From: Octopus vulgaris
Taxonomy: Eukaryota
Reading direction: 5' to 3'
NCBI GenBank assembly: GCA_951406725.2
Contig: OX597838.1
Coordinates: 21,018,001-21,082,000 of the forward strand
Length of the DNA: 64,000 nucleotides
The stretch's first letter is position 1, and each line of letters opens with the position of its first letter. Both the position numbers and the translations under genes were made by a program. The notes beneath the pieces are model-generated. The model was not told the origin of the DNA and searched no databases. It saw nothing but the letters and a program-made list of their open reading frames with translations. This document shows positions 55,661 through 64,000 of this stretch, piece after piece.

Positions 55661-55874
55661 TATTAAACTACAGTTTTACCTTTAAATTACCTACTTTCGT
55701 ATACCTTATAACAAGGACCATACATACTGAGGTAATACCAGGAGTGCCTTTGGTTACATCTATCCCTTAGACGGTTACATTACCTCTAACTTACATCTTA
55801 CACAACCTATCTATCTATCTATATATATATATATACACGCGTGTATATATATATATATATATACACACTCACAC

Positions 55875-55921
<47 letters not shown>

Positions 55922-55939
55922 CATACATGCACGTGTGTG

Positions 55940-55974
<35 letters not shown>

Positions 55975-56492
55975 TTGTCTTTGTTTGTGAATGTCCCCCC
56001 ATCACCACTTGACAATTGATGCTGGTGCATTTATGTCCCCTGTAACTTAGCGGTTCAGTGTAAGAGACTGAGAGAATAAAAAAATCAGTCCTGGGGTTGA
56101 TTGTTAAAACTAAAGCCCTTTGAGGCAGAGCTCCAGCATGGTCACAGTCAAAAGACTGAAACAAGTAAAAGAATAAAGGAATAAAAGAAGAAAAAAGAAG
56201 GAAGAGAGGTAAAGGCCTTGATTTGAATAGGATGGTTCTTGTGGCCAATCCTATTTGAATAGCACAGTAGCTAGACTGGCTGGTGTTATTTGCTATTGTA
56301 GAATGGTAATTAGAAGTCGAGAAAGGGGATTAGGACTTAAGTAGCTAACACTTCAGTGTATAATTGATGTGTAAACTTGATAACGAAACACTAACAACAA
56401 AGCTCCAGGTACTGCGGCTTGCTAATCTGGGCGTAAGAAGAGACACTGTATGGCCTTGGGAAAGCATCGGTTATTGCCATCTCCGACTATTA

Positions 56493-56810
56493 TTTGTACT
56501 TGTGGTCATGTGTTGCGTATGGATGAGGACTGCTGTATGAAAATGTGTCACACCTTAGCATTTGTACTTGTGGTCATGTGTTGCGTATGGATGAGGACTG
56601 CTGTATGAAAATGTGTCACACCTTAGCATTTGTACTTGTGGTCATGTGTTGCGTATGGATGAGGACTGCTGTATGAAAATGTGTCACACCTTAGCAGTAG
56701 AGGGAACCTGTGGAAGAGGTAGACCCAGGAAGACCTCCTGGGATGAGGTGTTGAAGCATGACCTTCGAACGTTGGGCCTCTCCGAGGTGACGACAAGTGA
56801 CCGAGACCGA
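56493..56810 (+). mobile_element. RTE 3' fragment containing 3 identical 68-bp tandem copies
   Basis: GHVLRMDED...GRGRPRKT.WDEV peptide. Units start at 56493, 56561 and 56629. Confidence 0.8.
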
Positions 56811-57219
56811 TATCTAAAATTTACTCCCTTTTTACCCTATAAAGATAGATTGGTGCTGGACTCACCAGGATAGCCACCTGAAGCAAGAGACAGCTTCAGA
56901 CACTCACACATGATATATCACAGCTAGACCTCAACAAGACACAGCATGGTTCTCTCCTCCCAGCTGAGCACTGGATTATCTGCATTTTTCTTATAAGGTG
57001 CAGGTGTGGCTGTGTGGTAAGAAGATTGCTCCCCAACCATATGGCTCTGGGTTCAGTCCCACAGCATGACACCTTCGGCAAGTGTCTTCTATTATAGCCT
57101 CAGGCCAACCAAAGCCTTGTGAGTGGATTTGGTAGACAGGAAGTGAAAGAAGCCCATTGTAGATACATGTATGTTTATGTGTGTGTGTGTCTTTGTGTTT
57201 GTAGACTGTTCTCTATTAA

Positions 57220-57440
57220 CCCTTTAGTGTTCGCATTATTCTGCCTAAATTAATCCTTTTTCATCTACATTGTTTTGAATTAATCATGCATTATCTTGTA
57301 GCTATGAGATTTTGATGAGGTAGCTGTTAATTTTTAAGACGATATTGTAGGGCTGGTGTGAGAGACCAGATCTGGCCAGTTTGAACATAAAACAGGCAGA
57401 ATACTTTTGGCCGGATATGGCCGGTTTAAATGCTAAAGGG
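57220..57440. mobile_element. piggyBac-type MITE
   Basis: TTAA|CCCTTTAG...CTAAAGGG|TTAA. Confidence 0.8.
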
Positions 57441-57695
57441 TTAAACCATATCCTTCTATCTTTCTGTTTCATATCACTTTGCTACAATACCGGGAAACCA
57501 CTGGATACCTAAGTGATGTATATAATAGTAATGATATGGTGCAGGCAGGGCGGCAGTTGAGTATTAACTGAATAGAAGTCTGATAGTGACTATAAGGCCT
57601 TGAAGGGATGTGGTACAGACATATTTCTGACCACAGATCTGCTGGAATAAAGTATGATCAACAGTTAAATTACAATAAGTGCAACAACTTCTTAC

Positions 57696-58138
57696 CTGTG
57701 ATTCATTAGTCATTACTTCATAATCTTGTTTACCTCCATTAGTCATCTCTTCACATTGTTGTTTACCTCCGTCAGTCATCACCTCATAGTCTTGTTTACC
57801 TCCGTTAGTCATCTCTTCACATTGTTGTTCACCTCCATTAGTCATCACCTCATATTCTTGTTTACCTCCATTAGTCATCGCTTCATATCGTTGTTTATCT
57901 TCGTTAGCCATCTCTTCACGTTGTTGTTCACTTTCATTAGCCATCACCTCATAATCTTGTTTATCTATGTTAGTCGTCTCTTGTTGTTTACCTCTGTCAG
58001 CCATCACCTCATATCGTTGTTTAACTTGAACGCTTTTAACGACAGGACTGCGTGGTGGTTGTGGTAACTTTTCCAACTCCATCTCATCATAGGTCCAACT
58101 CGATTCGCTTCCGCAAATAAATGATTCGTAATTGTCAT
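57696..58138 (-). CDS. Cytoplasmic exon with 11-aa tandem repeats rich in YxxM
   Basis: ttcgacag|at...cag|gtaag. Reads DDNYESFICGSESSWTYDEMELEKLPQPPRSP... followed by about 10 units like KQDYEVMTNGG. 443 nt open, phase 1-0. Confidence 0.87.
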
Positions 58139-60256
58139 CTGTCGAATTACAGAAATAAACAAACACAAGTTAAGTACTGCACTATATCAGATGTAGTCAA
58201 AAAAGCATCAGGCCTTTGGCCAAAAAACAAGTAATATTAAAAAAACTCACCATTTTGATTTAGTCTGGTTCAAAGTATTCACCTTGGGAGTCCACACACT
58301 TCTTATTTATTTCTTTATTGCCCACAAGGGGCTAAACAAGGACAGACAAAGGGATTAAGTTGATTACATTGATCTCAATGCATAACTGGTACTTAATTTA
58401 ACTGCCTTGCCAAAGAACAAGTTGTAACTATGCAGCAGTTTATTATATACGGAGTATATATAGTGAGTGGAGGCGCAATGGCCCAGTGGTTAGGGCAGTG
58501 GACTCGCGGTCATAGGCTCACGGTTTCGATTCCCAGACCGGGCGTTGTGAGTGTTTATTGAGCGAAAACACCTAAAAAAGCTCCACGACACTCCGGCAGG
58601 GGATGGTGGTGATCCCTGCTGTACTCTTTCACCACAACTTTCTCTCACTCTTACTTCCTGTTTCTGTTGTACCTGTATTTCAAAGAGCCGGCCTTGTCAC
58701 TACGCTAAGGGTACACGTGTCTGTGGAGTGCTCAGCCACTTGCACGTTAATATCACGAGCAAGCTGTTCCGTTGATCGTATCAGCCGGGACCCTCATCGT
58801 CGCAACCGACGGAGTGATCCTATACTATATATAGTGAATCTTTCAATGCTATGGCTCAGTGGTTAAAGTATTGAGCTTACGATCATGAGGTTGTGAGTTT
58901 GATTCCTAGACTGGGCTGTGTGTTGTGTTCTTGAGCAAGACTCTTTATTTCATGTTGCTCCAGTTCCCTCAGCTGTCGAAATGAGTTGCATCATCACTGG
59001 TGCCAAGCTGTATCGGCCCCTTTGCTTTCTCTTGGATAACATCATCGGTGTGGCGAGGGGAAGCTGGTACGCATGGACAACTGCTGGTCTTCCATAAAAA
59101 CAACCCTCGGTTGTGCATTCGTCAATGAGGCAACTTTCTGTCCAGACTTGTACCCCGGAGGAGAACCTCTTCGGTGAACCTATGGTCATTCGTGACCGAT
59201 GGAATCGAGTTAGTATACTCTTTTACTCTTTTACTTGTTTCAGTCATTTGACTGCGGCCATGCTGGAGCACTGCCTTTATATATATTTCATCGACTCCGG
59301 GACTTATTCTTTGTAAGCCCAGTACTTATTCTATCGGTCTCTTTTGCCGAACCGCTAAGTGACGGGGACGTAAACACACCAGCATTGGTTGTCAAGCAAT
59401 GCTAGGGGGACAACCACAGACACACAAACACATATATATATATACATATATACGACAGGCTTCTTTCAGTTTCCGTCTACCAAATCCACTCACAAGGCAT
59501 TGGTCGGCCCGGGGCTATAGCAGAAGACACTTGCCCAAGATGCCACGCAGTGGGACTGAACCCGGAATATGTATTGTTATATATATTTCATCGTTTACTT
59601 GTTTAGTCTTTTGACTGCGGTCATGGTGGGGCCTTGGAGGATTTTAGTCAAATGAAGCGATCCCAGGACTCATTTTTTACTTAAAGCTGGTACTTATTCT
59701 ATCAGTCTCTTTTGCTGAACTGCTAAACTATAGGGACATAAACACACCAATACCAGTTGTCAAGTAGTGGTAGGGGAGAGACACAAGCAAAAACACACAC
59801 ACACACACACACAGAGCAAGCTTCTTTCAGTTTCTGCCCACTAAATCCACTCACAAGGATTTGGTTGGCTTGAGGCTATAGTAAAAGACACCAGCCCAAG
59901 GTACCATGCAGTGGGACTGAACCTGGAACCATGACATTGGGAAGCAAACTTTTTTATCACTTTATAGTGTTTTGTTATGTGTGTGATACCCTGGTCTGTG
60001 AAAAACAACTGCCTTGCTCAAAACTGGTCCATGGGGCAAAAAAAGGTCGGGGCCCTGCTGCTATACACCACCACAACCACACTAACATCACAATCATCAT
60101 CATCATCAATGGCATCATTGCAGCCCCCCACCCCATCCTCTGGCTATAATCCGACATTCAACCTTTGACATGATCCAGTTTACCTGCCATTATGATCTTA
60201 ACATCAAGCAATTTAGTAGTTGTAATGAACGGAAACTCTAACACTGTGCTACATAC

Positions 60257-60372
60257 CTGTATCTGTGGTGACCCTAATAACAGGGGGTGCTGGTACCGTA
60301 GGAGGTAAAGGCAGGTCCAATGGGAGCGGAAACATCTTTTCCATGTTAAAAGTTCTTTTGGCTGCAGAGATC
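60257..60372 (-). CDS. Juxtamembrane proline-rich cytoplasmic exon
   Basis: ttctacag|g...g|gtatgt. Reads ISAAKRTFNMEKMFPLPLDLPLPPTVPAPPVIRVTTDT. Phase 2-1. Confidence 0.85.
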
Positions 60373-61704
60373 CTGTAGAATTGGAATAAAGATACAATTA
60401 CTTAGAATTTCTAAATGGTTTGCTTGGTTGTTCATCCTTACAACAATAACACAAAAATGGCACCAACGAGAGAGCTTCTTGTACACAATTGTTTGGCCAG
60501 TTAGAAATAGGGGCCAAATCTTCTTCAAGCGACACCATAACATTTTAAGAAATACTATTATTGAAAAGGATCTTGAGTATGACTTTAAACTGGAGTGGGA
60601 GCCTGGTTTGGGAGTTACAGGATTTTGATGGGTACTGAACCACCCCTTAACCACTATTGTTCCCAGGTCTGATCAGACCCAGAATAAGAAGCACCTGTTA
60701 AGGGCTCAGCTATGGATTAATTAGCATGTTGTAGAAGAAACTGCAAGCACAAACCCTCACTATGTTTGTGAGTACCTTGGGAAATGAAAAGGCTTGGTGA
60801 ATCAACCTTAACTTCAAATTAAGGAGTCCCTCTTTAGCACCCTTCAAGCAACTCCACAGTAGGTTGAGCTCCCCTGGAAATTCCCCTAGGAGGAGACCTC
60901 TCCAGAGTAAAACCTACAGCTTACCAGTTTCCACAGCTTGAAGCTGTCTTAGATCACTGAGCTGCTGTGGTTAGACCCCCAAATCTACAGACTGGGATCA
61001 GATTGCATGGACTGAATCTCACTTCAAAACTACCAAGTGCAACACATGTATGACTTTGAACTGTATCCAGCAGTGGGGGCCCTAGTTCATGAGCCCCAGG
61101 GCTTTGAGAAGTGTGGAACCACCTCTTATCTACTATTGTTATCAGAGTCTGAGCCATAGGTTATTATATCATGGAAGAAACTTCATGCAAAAGCCCTCAG
61201 TGCCTTGTGAGTGCCTTAGGAAAAGAAAAGTCTGGTGATATCAACCATCACTGCAATTCAAGGAGCGGAACTCCTCAGGTTGTCCAATGCCCTCTTTAGA
61301 GAGCTCTACTTATACTGGCTACTCAACAACAGTAGTTACTATCAAAGCATATATATATATGAGGCAGCTCTTGTGATGTTACTCAACTAGTCAGAAATAG
61401 CAACTAAGTTTCTCACAAATCACTCCCAGGTATTTTCATCATCATCATCATCATTTAATGTCCGTTTTCCATGCTAGCATGGATTGGACGGTTCGACCGG
61501 GGTCTGGGAAGCCAAGAGGCTGCACCAGGCTCCAGTCTGATCTGGCAGTGTTTCTACAGCTGGATGCCCTTCCTACCGCCAACCACTGTATGAGTGTAGT
61601 GGGTGCTTTTTATGTGCCACTGGCATAGGTGCCAAAGGCAAAAAATACATTAGGCAATGTAATCATAGATGACCCGAAAAAGAGGGGATGGCCATATCTA
61701 GAAT

Positions 61705-62005
61705 ACCAACCTACACAAAGGACCATAACCTACTCATATAAAAGACCAAAATCTACCCACACAAAAGACCAACACCTACCCAGAGAAAGGACCAAAACCT
61801 ACCTACACAAAGGACCAACATGTACCTAGAGAAAGGACCACAACCTACCCACTCAAAGGACCAATACCTACCCATACAAAGGACTAACACCTATCCACAT
61901 AAAGAGACAAAACCTACCCACACAAAGGACCAAAATCTACACATAGTAAAAAAAAAACCCAATACTGACCCATGCAAAGGACCAACACCTACCCACACAA
62001 AGAAT
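61705..62005. repeat. Minisatellite, ~23-bp units (acctacccacacaaaggaccaaa)
   Basis: About 12 degenerate tandem units in the intron after the TM exon. Confidence 0.85.
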
Positions 62006-62044
62006 CCAAAGAACACCTCATTACTTCATGATGTTTATACTTAC

Positions 62045-62126
62045 TTGCAGCAAACTATAATTGTTATAACAATGACCAACAGAATGAAAAAGGCCACAAC
62101 AGGAACACCAACCAGCAACAATAAAT
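62045..62126 (-). CDS. Transmembrane exon of the EGF-repeat receptor
   Basis: ttcttctccag|at...aa|gtaagt. Reads NLLLLVGVPVVAFFILLVIVITIIVCCK (hydrophobic helix plus juxtamembrane CC and K). Phase 1-2 fits both neighbours. Confidence 0.88.
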
Positions 62127-63059
62127 CTGGAGAAGAAGAAAAAAAAAAGATACAGAAAGACATACATCATCATCATTACTGAAAGCCTGTGTCCCACACC
62201 GGCATGGGTTAGATGAGTTGACAAAGTTTGATGGGTTCAGTGTCTGCTTTAGAATGGTTTCTACAGCTGGATGCCCTTCCTAATACCAACCACTTCAAAG
62301 TGTGTACTGGGTGCTTTTTATTGTGCAGCCAGCTCTGTTCAGGTCATCATGGCAGAGCTCACATGCATGGGTGACTACTGGATTTTCATAAACCACCTTG
62401 CCAGGACTTGTGTCTCAGAGGGTAACTTTCTAGGTGCAATCCCAAGGTCATTTATGACCAAAGGGGGTCTTTACCCTATGTACATATAATGGTGTGGAAA
62501 AAGGAGGTTGGTAATGCATGGGTGACTACTGGATTTTCATAAACAACCTTGCCAGGACTTGTGTCTCAGAGGGCAACCTTCTAGGTGCAATCCCATGGTC
62601 AGCCGTTCAAGAATTTGGACCTGGAGATCTCCATTTCCAGTAACTTCGAGGGCCACCCCCCAGTGGTCTCGGGCGTCAATGAAGAGCCCTTGACTACAAT
62701 AAAACGACCAAAGTTTCTTTTTTTTTCCAAGGTCTGGGGTCTCCCGCCCCTAAGCCCTAGACCATCACCTAATCACCCTTACCCGTCCTGTTGCTTAACA
62801 ACAACAACAATCTCATGGTCATTTATAACCAAAGGGGGTCTTTACCCTTTTACCCTGGGGAGGCTAGTATGTATGGGCAACTACTGGTCTTCAATAAACA
62901 ACCTCGCCCAGACTTGGGTCTCGGAGGGGAACTTTCTAAGTGCAATCCCATAGCCATTCATGACCGAAGGGGGCCTTTACATTTGACAGAATAATCTGAA
63001 TGCTAAAAAATTAAACAGTGAAAAGATATTAAGGAAATGAAAAAATGTTAAGTCCTTAC

Positions 63060-63203
63060 TAGGTTTCTCTTCTTGGCAGTTATCTCCTCGGTAACCATGT
63101 TCACATCCATTTTCACAGGTTCCATTCTTATAATCACAGACTACACCATCGAGACAATGGCACTTCAGGGAACACTGGGAACCAAATTTTCCATCTGGAC
63201 ATT
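63060..63203 (-). CDS. EGF-like (laminin/MEGF-type) domain exon of a single-pass receptor
   Basis: ttcttatacag|aa...a|gtaagg. Reads ECPDGKFGSQCSLKCHCLDGVVCDYKNGTCENGCEHGYRGDNCQEEKP with 8-Cys MEGF10/Draper/SCARF-type spacing. Phase 1-1. Confidence 0.9.
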
Positions 63204-64000
63204 CTGTATAAGAAACAACAATTCTTTGGAGTGAAACAACCGTTGGATATTATCTTTTTTTTTAATAGTTTTTACTAGTTTTAGTCATATGGCAGTGCCC
63301 ATGCTGGGGCATCGCCTTGAAATTTTAGTTGAATGTATTGACCCCCAGAACTTATTTTTTACTTTTAAAGCCTGGTACTTACTCTATTGGTCTCTTTTGC
63401 TGAACCACTAAGTTAAAGGGATGTAAACACACCAGTACCAGTTGTCAGGCAACGGTTGGGGACAAACAAAGACACACTACCAAATCCATTCACAAGGCTT
63501 TGATCAACCTGGAGCTATAGTAGAAGACACTTGCCCAAGGTGCCACACAGTGAGACTGAACCCAGAACCATGTGGTTGGGAAGCAAACTTCTTACCACAC
63601 AGCTGTGTTGTGGAAGAATCAACCATATGTTATTGTAAGAATCTGCTAGCAGTGAGTTGGACTGTACTGCACAACTACAGTACCTACACACATCAAGGTG
63701 GACTGTGCCATCCACTTGCTTTCACAGGTAGTAAGGATGTTTCACCTACCTATAGTACATATCTGCTAGTAGATAAATTATACCATGTGCTGATCCACAG
63801 CCGCTCACACATCAAGGTGAACTGCCTTTTCCCCAGTCACAGTTAGTTATCCTAGTGTGCCTAGGATATACCACCACACTAATGATATGACAGAATAGTG
63901 TCATCTAGCAAGGATATCATACAGCAATGACATCTACTGAAAATATAACACAGTCATGATATCTAGGTCTACTGAGGAAAATATATAGTTCATAGATGAG

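Noticed and set aside
60158-60397. ORF-track translation GSLQPKELLTWKRC...
   Set aside because: Wrong frame. Splice phases of the flanking exons require the ISAAKRTFNMEK... frame.

Overview
This is AT-rich, microsatellite- and SINE-dense eukaryotic DNA. The repeat families point to an octopus (coleoid cephalopod) genome; this is inferred, not proven. Two spliced genes converge. On +, ten coding exons (1376-30135) form the 3' half of an ACAP/centaurin-beta gene (ArfGAP Zn finger, linker, ankyrin repeats, C-terminus), and all splice phases join consistently. On -, five coding exons (63203 to 53022) form the 3' part of a single-pass EGF-repeat receptor (MEGF10/Draper/SCARF-like) whose cytoplasmic tail carries a tandem array of YxxM motifs. 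The rest is mostly transposon-derived: tRNA-derived SINEs, RTE and CR1 LINE pieces (one with an uninterrupted RT frame), piggyBac/hAT/mariner/Helentron-like elements and Penelope-like remnants. The most notable non-coding signals are (1) type I hammerhead ribozyme motifs in ACAP introns, two of them forming a ~150-bp inverted repeat, (2) a ~110-bp pseudoknot/multi-hairpin element embedded in microsatellite, (3) a CR1 LINE sharing a covarying 3' stem-loop with the dominant SINE, and (4) a SINE whose internal microsatellite has grown to ~6.8 kb and contains other elements. Almost all ORFs in the supplied track are microsatellite or repeat artefacts.
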